NCBI GenBank assembly: GCA_965603825.1
Contig: CBFDEM010000062.1
Span: 1-64,000, forward strand
DNA: 64,000 nucleotides
From: Blepharisma stoltei ATCC 30299
Taxonomy: Eukaryota; Protista; Ciliophora
Reading direction: 5' to 3'
This document shows, in pieces, positions 37,322 to 51,032 of this stretch (the stretch's first letter is position 1; each line of letters begins with the position of its first letter). The translations under genes were made by a program, and so were the position numbers. The notes below the pieces were generated by a model that ran no database searches, had not been told where the DNA came from, and saw only the letters and a list, made by a program, of their open reading frames with translations.

Positions 37322-39463
37322 TTATGAAATAAAATTAGCATTAACAAGGTGTTTTTCATAAATTGTTTTTTCAAAAGAACTATACGGGCCTCCATGCCCA
37401 CAAGTTAACGGAATTAAAAATCCAGCTTTCTGGTAATCCACTGTACTTGTCACAATCATGCTTTCGTTCAGGTTAAAAGATGAGCTCGAGTTTTCAGATG
37501 GAGTATTTTCAGCTCTTTCTTCTAGAAAACTCAGAACTCTTTGAAGGCTCTTATAAACTTTATCGACATCTTTACAAATTTCTCTTAATAGCGAGTTTGT
37601 CGAGTTTTCATTTGAAGAAATGACAATTTCCAATTCTTTTATTGCTTCTTTTATGGATTTTATAGTGTAGGTAATCGGACCACAAGTCTCAGAGCCTGCT
37701 AAATATAAGCTTGATCCCCAAATATCGAGTGTAGAAATTCATATTACCAAGTTAAGCTCTTGAAATTTTGCTTTTGATATTGAGCTTAATGAGCTCCCTC
37801 CAGAATCCAAGTTATCCATGACAGCCATTAATCTCATAACTGTGCTCACAATTTGTTCATCATCTAGAGAATCAGTCTCTTTCACCAATAGCTGATACTG
37901 AGTAGGGACTTTTGATAGGTGACCAGGATTATTTAATGAGTCTCCTTCACGAATTTTTTTGAAAATTGATAAATGCTCTATTAATCGAGTGAGCCTAGAA
38001 ATTGAGCCAGAAAAATTTGAAATTTCGTCTTCAGTTAAAATATGCGATTTTTTGATATTTTTCGATTTGGAAAGAGAAGTTGAAATTTTTTCTTGAAACC
38101 CAGTGGTTAATCTATAAGCCACTCCTGCTTTTAATGATGCTAAATCACTGATCATTTTGTCTTGAGGATCTGATGATAATATTTTATAACAGTCTGCAGC
38201 CAAATAATCTCCTGCAGAATCGCTATCAGCTTTCTGGGCCACTTTCAGCCCCCAATATGCGACTTTCCCAAAATTAAAAAACGACGTATCTTCCAGCGAC
38301 GCAAAAGTCCGATCAGCAAATAAAAAATCAAGTGCACACTCCCTTGCCAAGTGTGTCGCAATACACCCTCCTAGCGATTCTCCATGCACCCCCAATTTCG
38401 GCACATTTTTTGTCGTCCTCAAATAATTCACAATAATTTGCCCATCTTTCTGTATTCTTGGCAGACTCGGTTTCCCAGAAGTCCTTCCATACCCTCTGTA
38501 ATTCCACAAAAATACATTGATTCCATTTCTTATATAAAATTCAAGCCACTCAGTCTGAAAAAAAGAAAATTCATAGAAACCCGCATTTGGGTTGCAAATC
38601 AGCATGCAAGGACGTGGCAAGCCTTGAGGTGTGCTCTGCACAAAAAATCCATCAATATTTACACCGTCTTCTGCAGTTATCCAGACCTGCTCTGAATTAA
38701 AGCGCTTTAAGAGATCCGCCCTCATATAGTTTCCTGAGCCTAGCGTGTCGTCAAGTGCCCATCTTTTGAGCCTTTTATAGCAAGTTGTAGGCCCACAAGA
38801 AGTCAAAAGGGCTTTTCCAATTTGTTCACAAGTTTCAATGGCGTGGTGGAATTGTGTGTCATTGAGGCGATCTTCGAAAACTATATTGGATGGGTCAGGC
38901 TTTTCGTATTGGATTTTCATTCAGTTCCAGAGTTTGTATTCATCACAAGAATCCACAATAATTGTAATATCTTCAAGGGTGGATTTTAGGTCTATTAGAA
39001 GTGAGTAAAACTGATTTTGGTGTTTGGACAGTGAACTGCCAAGGGTTTTTAAGTTATCATGAATTGTTTCTATCAGATGACAAGTAAATGATACCGACCC
39101 ATACGATACCTGAGGGTTATTATCTTCATTTCCACTCTTTTTTGCTTTTTCATGCAAATGTTCCAAATATAAGTGAAGGTCTTTCATCTTGTAATAAATC
39201 TGTGACGTCATTTCTCTACAGAAACTTGCTTCAATCGATCGTCTTCAAAATCAGCAGGACCCTGGAAAAATCAAAATTTGTGCCGCAAATCGTAAGAGTA
39301 ATCATAAAGAAATTATGAAAAGCAAAAGAGACCCAGGCAAAGTAATTAGGTAGGAGAGTAAGAAAAAGACTTCGAAAATTAAGGCGAGAAAAAGGAGGAT
39401 ACTTGCCATGACTACGCCTCCAAAAATCAGAAGTTTGAGCTTTCTATTGCAGAAGTTTACCAT
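37322..39463 (-). CDS. Membrane-anchored alpha/beta hydrolase (ABHD-like), 713 aa
   Basis: N-terminal TMs, CNPNAGFYE, WNYRGYGRTSG, nucleophile elbow HGESLGG and ADRTF. Confidence 0.88.
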
Positions 39464-40160
39464 TTATAAGATTTAGAGATTTGATAATAAAAACCTGTAA
39501 TATGAATAAAAAACTGGAAAAATAAATAAGTTATTAGAAAAAGAAAAGTATTAGGTAAATGGGCATTTCCTTTTGGGATTATGATGGAAATGACGCAATT
39601 TTATATTTTTATGAGAAATTATTAATAAATTATTATATAAATGTTTTTCTTATAATAGAAAATGATATTGAGATTTAATTTTTTAGAGCCAAAATGAATT
39701 TGGCATAGATATAGAAAGATCAAGCATAGATCAGTAAAAATTGTAATTCTAAAATAGCTTTAAGATGATGAATAATTAAAAATAATAGATAGAGTTAAAA
39801 AGCTTTCTTAATATTTCTACGGATTTTTGAAACCGTATATTCAATTACTCAAGAAATGCAAAAACAAATCCTGGCAATGGCATTCTGCCAATAAATTTGA
39901 ATAATTAATCTTTTTGATAAGAATTCAGTTTGCCAATTGGCCTCTTAAGCAATTTTCCCATTCCATATTAGAATAATTTTCTTAATATAAACAATAAATT
40001 TCTGAAACGCTTCGATTAATTAAAAAACTCCAAAAGTTTCATTTTAGCTTTCCTTTCTCAATTCTTTAGCCTCCCCTTCAAATGAAACTTAAATTCTGCT
40101 TCATTCCTGCTAAAACTTAAAATTTTAGTTTGAAATGGCTTTTCCGTTTATAGATAAATT

Positions 40161-42116
40161 ATGGGAGGAAAGTCATCAAAGACAGAGGACCCAGACAACG
40201 AAGACCCAAAAAAGCCTGATGATAATAAAGACAAAAAATCTGACTCTAAGTCAAAATACATGGACCCAGACTATAAAGGTGAGCCACTTTCTGATGATCT
40301 TTCAAATGGACCTGTTGAAAAACGCAGATGCACAGATTGCTTATGCTGCCTTGTTTTTCTCGCTTTTGCGGTTACCTGATTTGTAGTAGGAATTACAGGA
40401 TTTTCTGAAGGAAATCCCTACCTTTTAACTTACCCTTACGACTCTGATGGAAACCAATGTGGTCGTCCTGGTGAAAATGCTGAGCACTACGATTATCTTT
40501 ATTTCCCATTCCCAATTTCTGGGTACCTCGACTACCGAGTCTGTGTAAAACACTGCCCTAAGCACTACAACTCCACAGTGGACTGCTACAAAATCGAAAA
40601 ATTCCATTACACCTGTACATTTCTGTTTGAAAATATTTCTGATGCTCCTGATCCTACTTATGGGTATATTAAAGGAATATACCCAAGTGATGGGTACCTA
40701 GATAGATTTTGTTTGCCAGATTCTGATGCAGAAGTTGGATGGGTAAAGTATGGTTATGACGAAGTGAGTGATAAAATTGATGTGACTGTTTTAACAAAAT
40801 GGATAGGCGATGTGTGGAATTGCTGGGAAGTCATGTTTATAGTAGCTGCTATAGCATTTGTCATTGGAGGAGTTTATATGTTTGTTTTAAGGTATTGTTT
40901 AGGAGTTTTAGTGTGGATTTCTATTATTGTCTTTTGAATATTCCTTATACTTTGTGCTTCATTTTTACTGTGGGCTGCTGAAAATAAATACCAAGAAGAC
41001 ACTGACAAAGACACGCGCACAACTTTATATGTTTGCAGTGGGATTATGTGGGGAATAGTAGGGGTTTATTTTCTTTATATCTTGTGCATGTGCAATAGAA
41101 TTAGATTGGCAGTTGCAATCATGAAAGCAGGCACGCTTTATATTAGAGACGTCTGGTATGCAATGCTAGTGCCACCTGTTTTCTTTGTAGTCATTATTGC
41201 GTTTTATATATGGTGGGTGTTGGCTACGCTTTGGCTTTATTCAAGTGGGGATATCAAGCAGCATGGTGATACTGCTTTTGCTGAGGCTGAGTGGAATAAT
41301 GATACAAGAAATGCATTTTATTTTGAATTTTTTGGAATTTTGTGGATAAATGCAATTTTAATTGCCCTTTGTGAGTTTATCTTGGCTGCATCTGTATGCA
41401 TTTGGTACTTTTCTTGTGGGTCAGACCATGGAGCTCAGCGGCCGATTTCGAGACCGATATGGTGGGCATTTCGTTACCATTTAGGGACTTTGGCTTTTGG
41501 ATCTTTTATATTAGCTGTTATCTGGGCAATTAAATATATCTTAATGTACATCCAAGCCAGAATTAAAGCAGTTAATAGAGATGGTAAAAGCAAAGCATTG
41601 CTTTTACTTCTAAGATGCCTAACTTGCTATGTCGTATGCTTTGAAAGATTCGTTAAATTCCTCAACAAAAATGCTTTTATTCAATGTGCCTTAAATTCTA
41701 CTTCATTTTGCACAGCAGCCCGTGATGCATTTTTCTTAATCCTCAGGAACGGTTTCAGGTTTTTGGCCCTTGGATCAATTGGACACGTTTTTCAGTTTTT
41801 AGGAAAATGGATGATAGCAATTATTGCGACTTTCGCTGGATATATGATTATTACCCATGCCTCTAGATGGTCAGACAAGCTGCATTCCCCTATTTTCCCG
41901 ACAATTGTGTTTTTATTGATTGCTTATATTATAGCGTCACTTTTCATGGGAATTTATTCGATGGCATGTGACGCTATTTTGCATTGTTTTCTTGCTGATG
42001 AAGAATTGTGCAAAAATAAAGATCGACCGCCACAGCATGCTCCAGAGATGCTCAAAGATTTTCTTGATAAGGAGAGGAAGAAGGAAAGCAAGCAGAAATG
42101 TTGCTGCTGTTGCTAA
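40161..42116 (+). CDS. Choline transporter-like protein (CTL/SLC44)
   Basis: RRCTDCLCC, YPYDSDGNQCG, RIRLAVA, RYHLGTLAFGS, KFLNKNAFI, FCTAA; C-terminal CCCCC. Confidence 0.93.
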
Positions 42117-43210
42117 TTAGGAAATTAATAAAGAAAATATCTGATTTAATTTTTTAATAAATATAAATTCCAAAAGGCTTGTTGAGATAAGTTTACCTGC
42201 TGCTAGTTTTGAATTATATAGTAATTTAAATTTTTATAATTGGGCTATTTTGAAGGGAATTTTTATATATATATATTAATGGAAAATAAATTAGAAATTT
42301 TGATTGAAATTTCCTATAATAATGAACTCTTTACAATCTAGCTATAAAATCAGTTTTTCTGATAAAGTGGTAAGAAATTCGCGGATTTTGTAGAATCTTT
42401 GAGGGGATCTAAAATTATGATTTATTTTCTGAAGATCATAAAGTATAATTTTTGCAGCTACTGTTATAAACCTAATAAGAGAACTGTAAGCATTTCTTGA
42501 AAAATCGCAAAAAAGCAGTCATTTCAGCAATGCTAATATAGAAATCAGAAATGAATTAGAAAAGATTTTGTTTGGCGGTAGAATTAAAGAGATGAATGCT
42601 AGAAAGGCTAAATTTATTATGGATCTTGATGACTACGATATGGATCTGGAAAAGCTTCAAGAAAGCTATTAAAGAATAAGGAAAAGGCATTTCCATGATT
42701 TTCCATAAATTATTTTATATTTTATAGGCAATTTCAAATGTTTTCACAATTTTTTTAAGATTAGTTGTATTTCTGATGACTACTGCATAATTGACATAAT
42801 CCATTGAGTTATTGCATATATTATTCAGCATATTGGGCTTTCGTAAATAACTTATATCTAGATACCAAATGCCTTTGCAAATAATGCAAGGCATACTATA
42901 ATAGGATTCTTATTTCATAATAAAAAATAAATGTTATTATAAGGGCAAAATTAAGCTTATGCGCATCACTTACATATCTGACGAAATCTAGGCAAATGGA
43001 AGTATAATCCAAATATTGTAAATAATTAAAAATTACGAGGTAAAAGAGATAAAATTATACTTGCAAATATTACAAAAGAATTTCAAAGCTATTTCTGTCT
43101 AAATTTTAAAATTCATACCTAAATATCTTAAGAAAAAGAAAAATGGAAAATTGAAATGGCCTGGATTCGACACAAATATTCACTGAATTAAGCGCTGAAT
43201 TTTAATTAAA

Positions 43211-43564
43211 ATGTCTAAGCGAGAAAGAAGTGAAGACCGATATGTCTTTGTATCAGGCTTTAGCAGTAATGCAAATTCTCATTCAATTGCAAGAGCTTTT
43301 GCTACTTGTGGGAAAATCGAACGAATCCATTTCAGAAACAGAAAAAACTGCATAGTTTGGTTCGAGGAGTCAGAAAGTGTCTGGAAAGCATTAAAATTTC
43401 ATGGAACAAAGCAGCCTTCACTCAATGCAAATATATTAAAAGTGTCTGTGTCTCAAGAATTCCAACCAGCTAAGAAGCCTAAGCCTTGCAGCGGATCGTT
43501 TATAGTACTTGATCCACCAAGGTTTAATAACTTCATGATTCCTATTTTACCGTCATTTATGTAA
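43211..43564 (+). CDS. Small RRM-domain protein
   Basis: YVFVSGF (RNP2-like), FATCGKIERI and CIVWFE (RNP1-like). Confidence 0.7.
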   Translation: MSKRERSEDRYVFVSGFSSNANSHSIARAFATCGKIERIHFRNRKNCIVWFEESESVWKALKFHGTKQPSLNANILKVSVSQEFQPAKKPKPCSGSFIVLDPPRFNNFMIPILPSFM

Positions 43565-43800
43565 TTTATCTGAGGGTAAGCTAATTCCAAAAGAAATTTT
43601 TATTATAATTTACGATTATCGAAAATTAATTTAAAATTAATTATAATAAATAGTTAAAAATCATAATATTAATTAGTGTTATCCTTCGCCCAATTTTCTT
43701 TGTCTATATTTTAGTTTTGCTGATTTATTTTGCAATTTTCTGAATTAATTTTCTTGATAACTACCCAAGTGAATTAATCTACCTGGAGAAATATATATAA

Positions 43801-45132
43801 ATGTGGGTTCACCTCCTCTTAATAGGGACAGCCCTAAGTGCACCTTTAGCTGACTTAGTAAAAAATCAGCCAGGGCTACCAGATGTACCTAATTTTGATA
43901 CATATTCTGGCTATCTTGACATCCCGAACTCAAATGGGAAATCCTTGCATTACATTCTTGTTGAAAGCCAAAATAACCCAGCAACAGACCCTTTGCTACT
44001 ATGGCTCAACGGTGGCCCAGGGTGTTCCTCACTTGATGGCTTTATCTACGAGCACGGCCCTTACGTGTTCCCAGACGAAGGCGTGACTCTTTTTAGGAAT
44101 CAATGGTCTTGGAACACAAATGCAAGTGTTTTATACCTCGAAGCTCCAGCAGGTGTTGGCTGGTCCGTGATGGGCGACCTGGCTAACAACAACACTGACG
44201 ACGAAATCACAGCTCACGACAACCTTCAGGCAATTTTACAATTTTTCAGAAAATTCCCTGAATACAGATACCACGATTTTTTCATTTCAGGGGAAAGTTA
44301 CGCAGGCATCTACGTGCCTACTTTGGCTTATAACGTGCTTATGTACAACAATTACAGTCCTCATAACAGCATTAACCTAAAAGGGATTGCTGTAGGCAAT
44401 GGCTGCACCGATTGGAATGTTGATACAACCCCTGCCTTTATGCAATTGGCATGGACCCATGCCCTGATTGGCTATGAGTGGTACGATAAATTGGTGGCTG
44501 ACTGTGACAACCTTAATGAGTGGAGCAGTGAAGCCTGCCAAAATGACGTAGGGTATATAGAAGGGACACTTCTCAATAATATCAATATTTATGACGTCTA
44601 TGGCCCTTGTATTTACCATAACGACACCCAAGCCCAATTAGACAATAACAGGTACCTGAAGTTTGTGCTCGATCTTAACCCTAATTTGGGGATTATTCCT
44701 CCATGCTGTGCTTGGCAGGGCGCTTATCAGTATTTCCAAAGCCAAGCTGTAAGGACTGCTTTTAATATCCCTAACAGCGTCCAACAATGGACTTTTTGCC
44801 AAGACTTGAATTATCAAGATGACTACCTCCATGGCTCCATTTTTGTGTATCCTTTCTTGATACGTTCTGGACTACGAATTATGGTCTATTCAGGAGATGT
44901 CGATGGGTCAGTGCCATTTATAGGGACAAGACAGTGGATAAACAGCTTAAATTTGGACGTGAAGCAGCCTTATGCGTCTTGGTATGTTGATGAACAAGTA
45001 GCAGGGTATTATATTGAATATGAAGGACTTACATGGGTGACTGTCAAAGGAGCTGGGCACATGGTTCCACAGTGGAAAAGACCTCAAGCGTGGCATATGA
45101 TCAATTCGTGGCTATCTGGAGTTTCGCCTTAA
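43801..45132 (+). CDS. Serine carboxypeptidase (S10), copy 1
   Basis: Signal peptide, [29 protein letters not shown]. Confidence 0.97.
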   Translation: MWVHLLLIGTALSAPLADLVKNQPGLPDVPNFDTYSGYLDIPNSNGKSLHYILVESQNNPATDPLLLWLNGGPGCSSLDGFIYEHGPYVFPDEGVTLFRNQWSWNTNASVLYLEAPAGVGWSVMGDLANNNTDDEITAHDNLQAILQFFRKFPEYRYHDFFISGESYAGIYVPTLAYNVLMYNNYSPHNSINLKGIAVGNGCTDWNVDTTPAFMQLAWTHALIGYEWYDKLVADCDNLNEWSSEACQNDVGYIEGTLLNNINIYDVYGPCIYHNDTQAQLDNNRYLKFVLDLNPNLGIIPPCCAWQGAYQYFQSQAVRTAFNIPNSVQQWTFCQDLNYQDDYLHGSIFVYPFLIRSGLRIMVYSGDVDGSVPFIGTRQWINSLNLDVKQPYASWYVDEQVAGYYIEYEGLTWVTVKGAGHMVPQWKRPQAWHMINSWLSGVSP

Positions 45133-45243
45133 GTAATATTTAGATAAATATGAGGTAAAGTTTATATGGGAGAAATTGCATATTTTAGAGCAAAAATATT
45201 AAAAAATGGATATTTATTTTCAGGTAATTTATAGTAACCAATA

Positions 45244-46557
45244 ATGAGAGGTGAAGAAATTATTAATAGGCTGGCTGGGCTTATATTGATAAGTGTAGCA
45301 TTGAGTGCTCCTTTAGCTGACTTAGTAAAAAACCAGCCTGGACTTCCTGCCGAATATCCTGCTAGTTTTGATACATACTCTGGTTACCTTGATATCCCTA
45401 ACTCAGACGGAAAATCACTACACTACGTTCTTGTCGAAAGTCAAAATAACCCTGCAATCGATCCTTTAATTTTATGGATGAATGGCGGTCCAGGGTGTTC
45501 ATCTATGGCAGGTTTCGTTTATGAGCATGGCCCTTACGTCTTCACAGACGAAACAACCGTACTCCTAAAAAATCAATGATCTTGGAACACCAACGCCAGT
45601 GTCATTTATCTTGAAAGCCCAGCTGGAACTGGCTGGTCTCTTTTAGGAGCTTCTTCCAACAATGTCACTGACGATGAAATTGCAGCCCATGACAACCTTC
45701 AAGCCATTTTTCAGTTTTTCAAAAAATTCCCCGAATATAAAAATCACGATTTTTATATATCTGGAGAAAGCTATGGAGGAATCTATGTGCCGACCTTAGC
45801 TTATAATATCCTTATGTACAACAGCTATAGTCCTCATAATAGTATAAACTTAAAAGGAATCATTATAGGGAACCCTTATGTAGATGATAGTACTGATTCT
45901 ACCTCAGGCTTGATGAAATTGCTATGGTCTCATGCGTTGATTGACTATGAGTGATATAATAAATTGGTGGCAGACTGTGATAATTTCAATGACTGGGATA
46001 GTGTAGCTTGCAATAATGTTACAGATTATATACAGCTTAGCCTTCTCAGCAATTTGAATTTTTATAATATATATGGAAACTGTTTTCCTCAGAATGGCTT
46101 TGCCCCGCCCCGTGGGATAATTCCACCTTGTGCAGGCTGGGAAGGCTCGTTTCAGTATTTTTTAAACCAAACTGTAAGAACTGCTTTTAATATCCCAGAC
46201 TCAGTCCCACCGTGGGCTTTTTGCATATTTTTAGATTATACTGAAGACCTGGTGCATGGGTCTTTATATGTTTTCCCATTTCTTATCCGTTCAGGGCTGC
46301 GTATTTGGGTCTATTCTGGTGACTGTGATGGAGGGACACCGTTTATTGGAACTAGAGAATGGATTAGCAGCTTAAATTTGCCAATAAAGCAAAAATATAC
46401 ATCCTGGTACGTAGAAGACCAAGTAGCTGGCTTTTATATAGAGTATGAAGGCCTTACTTTTATAACAGTCAAAGGAGGTGGTCATAATATCCCAGAATGG
46501 AAAAGGCCTGAAGCCTGGCATATCATTATGTCATTCCTTAATGGAATTTCGCCGTAA
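45244..46557 (+). CDS. Serine carboxypeptidase (S10), copy 2
   Basis: [29 protein letters not shown]; two TGA codons align to TGG in copy 1. Confidence 0.95.
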
Positions 46558-46573
46558 TTAAATTTAAAAATAA

Positions 46574-47110
46574 ATGGGAGGAGTCGGAAGCCAACTACGT
46601 CGAGAAGAAGTTGAAGAATTAATGAGAAAATCGAAATTTAATCAAAAAGAGCTCAAAAGGATTTATCGAAGATTTGCCAGACTTGACCACGAAGAAAAAG
46701 GCTGGGTTAGTGTCGATGACATTTTGACGCTTCCTGAATTAACAAATCATCCTATGAGAGATCGGATTGCTCGAATGATGACTATTGACATGGGTGAAGT
46801 CATTGATTTTAAGCTGTTTGTAGAAACTATATCACTATTCAGTGATAGGCTGAATCCTGAAGAAAAGCTCCGATATTTTTTCAAACTTTATGATATGGAT
46901 GGAGATGGGTTTGTTGGGGAAGGTGAATTATTTGTAATGCTGAGAATCCTGGTAGGTGGGTCATTAAATGATGCACAAGTCCAAAGCATTGTGGATCAAG
47001 TGATCCAGCAGACTGATAGAGATAAGGATGGAAAGCTGAATTTTAAAGAATTTAAAGATATGTTGGGGGAAACACAAGAAAGTTTTAATACGAAAAATTC
47101 TAATTATTAA
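46574..47110 (+). CDS. Calcineurin B-like EF-hand protein
   Basis: MG start, KRIYRRFARLD, KLRYFFKLYDMDGDG, DRDKDGKLNFKEF. Confidence 0.9.
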   Translation: MGGVGSQLRREEVEELMRKSKFNQKELKRIYRRFARLDHEEKGWVSVDDILTLPELTNHPMRDRIARMMTIDMGEVIDFKLFVETISLFSDRLNPEEKLRYFFKLYDMDGDGFVGEGELFVMLRILVGGSLNDAQVQSIVDQVIQQTDRDKDGKLNFKEFKDMLGETQESFNTKNSNY

Positions 47111-49727
47111 AATAATTAAATGGGCTCGCTCAAACCTTAAAATCAGTATTTAAACTCAATAGTAATTCAGCAGATTCAGAATTTTAATTGAATCTTTAAA
47201 ATATTTCTTAAATTTTCTTTTCCTATTTGATTTGTGTCTTCTTTATTAATAAAAATTACCTTATCAACTTTTTCTAATAAATGGTTTCTGTGCATGTTAA
47301 ACTCTCCTCTCAGAATGTCAGATTTGTATAAAAGGATGCTACTTGTGATAGGCCACAAAGCTGCTCTTTTGTTTGGGATGTAAAAAGGAGACCAGAGACC
47401 ATCAATAAATTGCCCAGATTTTATTTCAAGTTTGGCCTCTTTGGCTGATGACTCAACTGAGTTAATGAGTGCTTTGCTTATACCGAAGTATGCAAAATAA
47501 TCAAATCCACGCCAAAATTTTTGTGTTTTTTTTCAAGAGTTCTTATTTTTCTGTAATCAGGATCTAATAAGAAATGATCTGCAAGTAAAAAATGTTAAAA
47601 GTGGGCTGCTTACAATCAAAATATTTACTACTTTCGAGGTGTTTCATAATAATGGTTTATTAGCTTTAAAAGTAATCAATCCATATATAGGCTAAAAGCT
47701 CCAACTGCCACGCTATATGCAATACTTTTTTAAATTCAGTGATTGAATTTGCCACTTTTTTAGGGTAAATTAAATGAATTAGCTTGCTAGAGAAAATCTA
47801 CTCATCAGGCAATATCGAGTATAAAGTGATCAATATTAGTGCGACTTCGATAACCAATTAATATATTCTGTATCATTTTTAAAAGCAAACTCTTTAGCTT
47901 CAGTATAATCGATAAACTTTTTGGCCATTTTATTAGCCCATTCCTCTTTTTCAAATCTTAAATCTGCTAGACATGATATCATCTCTGATAAATAAGCAGA
48001 ACTAAAGCTATCCTCTTTATTGCAAATAGTTTGTACTGCTTTTTCATCAGAAATTCCAGAAACTTTTAATTTATGAATTTTTATGACGTAAATGGCCGGT
48101 GGCAGAGCAATCCGTCATCTCATCGGTCAGTTTTCTTAGGTATAAGTTAATACATTATGGATCAGTCTAGAATAACTTATTAAGCTATCTCTAATGATTT
48201 CTATTACCAAGATTGAGTAGGGTTTTCTTTTGACTTGATGGTGACAAGGGGGGATTCATGCTTGCCCGCTTTTTTTACAAAAAAAATGTATTATAAAAGC
48301 TGGTATATTTTTATCCAAAATTGTTTCTCCATCAACTTTTTTCCTTTAAAAACCTACTATCAAGATTTTTCATATTCTCTCTTCCTCCTCTTTTCGCTGC
48401 ATTTTTCACTTCATTTTTATTATTCTTAATATAAGTGTTTCTGCATTTATTTATGTCTTTGAAACCTTTCTTTAGATAATGTATCGAAATTTACGAGAGA
48501 AATTTAAGATCTTTTAGTCAAATAGTTGATTTTTTTTTTAGGTTTCTTCATATTATTTTTTTTCCGATTTCAATTGAAAAAATATGCAATGGGTGCTATA
48601 AGATTTAAATTGTTATTAAAGAATAAATATTTTGATAGATAATTAGCTTATTATTTTGTATTTCAACTCTCTTTTTCTCTACTTGATATCATTTATTTAT
48701 ATTGAATTTTGCCACAAATAATTAATAGTATAAAAAAATTTTTCTTTTTTCGCTCTTTTGTTAATAAAACGCTTTGTTTGGATGCTTTTGCACCTAAAAA
48801 GTTACCTCATTTTTGGATAAAAATAGAGGGCTTACTTTATTACAGTTTTATTATCGATAGATTCATATATAAGGAGAGACAGGTGGGAGTTTCTTGTTTG
48901 CTGTTTGCTAGGAAAAAAATAAAATAAATAATTTTTGATTATAAAATTTTTATCTTAATAGATTTTAAAGTTTAAAAAAGTATTTTAATTTTAGCATTTG
49001 ATTTAATAGTTTAAATCAACCGCCTGAGATAAGAGAGAACACTTATATATTATCCGTGAAAAATTCTTTGCAAGAGCGCTGATTCTTAGCATTTTTGCCA
49101 AATATTATATATATGGACTAAAATAGAGGCAAAAAGTTTAAAACTAATACATGCATAGAGGATTAGAAAAAATGATTTTTAATAAAAACATTAAAAGCAA
49201 TTTATTAATATTAATTTAATTATAGAGCATAAAACACACGAGGAAATTAAAATATATTATTTTCCTAGGGCAGTTTGGTTATTGGGTATACATTCAGGAA
49301 AAGTAGAGCTGGCAATAAGAATTTTATAAAGCTAAATTTGCTTAAAATATATGCAGATATTTTCTTAGAAAATGAGATACAATATTTAAAAGAAACTTAT
49401 AAATAAATTCTATTAATTTCATATAGATTCTAAAACCATTTTATTAAAGAATTTATTCTGTAAGTAAACATTATTGCTTCTGTAATTGGAGAAATTAGCG
49501 AAAATGGTTTCTTAGGAGTTTTAATCAATAATTTGCAAACTCGGACAATTAAAGCAGCCAAAAAACTTAAATTAAAAATCTCTGACTCAGAAATTCTGTA
49601 TTCTAGTAGAGATTCCGATCCCCCAGCATATAATGAGGATCGACTTTATTTAAGATTCGAGCAAAACTATACCAAGAAAGACCTGCTGGTTCTTCAATAC
49701 GAAAAATAGGATTTAATATGAAAAAAA

Positions 49728-51017
49728 TTATAATAAATTTAATAAATCAGACACTGTAGCTTTTTTAGCTGCTGAGCTTGGCCTTTCAAACACCAATTTA
49801 AGTCGAGGAGGCTCATAAACGCTTTGGAAAGAAGAAAAATGATTTACAGCTGGATGAGCCGTGCTTGGTCTTTGTGGAACTATAACTCTACGCTCAGAAA
49901 AAACTGCAGTGCTTGGACGTGCTGGAGCTGGATCCTTCGCCGTGTTAAAATTAGTGCTAGAATTCGTCCCTGGCTTCCAACAAAGGCTTCGACTTGATGA
50001 TAACTTGTTATTTGATATCAAATAATTATTAAACCGCTGAGGGTATTTTCCTACCGAGGCCGTTCTTTTTGCAATAGAATACCCAGGCTTTACTTCAATT
50101 TGGCCCAAAATTTTTGGTAAAGGCTTAGGGGACTCATTTTTCACTGAATTATTGTTGGGTTCTACTGAATTCGGCTTATTTGTGACCAATTTTGGCTCTT
50201 TGTAGTTTTCTTTTACATATTTTGGGAATAGGCTGAGAACTTCTGCAATTGATGGGCGTATTTTTGGCTTCTTTTCTAAAAGTTTAAAAATAAAATTATT
50301 TAATCTTGCTGAATAACACCCTGGCAGTGGTTTTTGGCGAGTCTTCACGATTTTATTGGCGAGAGAAATCAGATTTTCAGCTTGAAAAGGCGGCTCTAAT
50401 GTAGCTAAATTATATAAAACGCAGCCAATCGCTCATACATCAACTTTAAAATCATAAGGCTGGTGCTGAACCAGTTCTGGGCTTAAATACAAAGGAGTCC
50501 CCACCTGAGTGCCTTCAAAGACGTTATCTTCTTGCATGATCTTAGAAACTCCCATATCAGCAATTCTTGCTCTTTTGTCGTCATCTAGCAAAATATTCAT
50601 GCATTTTATATCTCTATGGGCAATATGTTGTGTATGCAAATATTCGACTCCTAAGCAGATTTCATAGGCGATATTCCATATCAATTTTTCACTAAAAAAC
50701 AGTCGTTTTTCTCTTTGGCGATTTATTAGAGTTTGCAAGTCACCTTCTTTAGCAAATTCCATTAGAATAAGCAGCTTGTTGTCATGGACACAATTTGAAA
50801 AATAGTGGATAATGTGGGAATGGGAAAGACCTTGGAGAATCGTTACTTCTTTTAATGCATCTTGCTGTTTACGTTTAGACAGATGTTCTAGACTTATTGA
50901 TTTTAGTACAAAATCGGCTCCTTCAGGTGAGCTTACCCTATAAACCGTTCCATAGGCTCCACGGCCTAAGGTTTGGATAACTTTGTAGTCCTTAAAAGGT
51001 GAGCCTTCTAAATCCAT
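49728..51017 (-). CDS. NIMA-related (NEK) Ser/Thr kinase
   Basis: LGRGAYG, HRDIKCMN, DMG, GTPLYLSPE, DV(TGA=W)AIGC; basic low-complexity tail. Confidence 0.93.
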
Positions 51018-51032
51018 CTTATTATAAACATT

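Noticed and set aside
42279-42672. Possible small gene
   Set aside because: Early in-frame TAG/TAA not explained by a 15-16 nt GT-AG intron.
47120-48170. Coding-like minus-strand sequence
   Set aside because: Multiple TAA/TAG stops and no identifiable family; possibly a pseudogene, but unsupported.
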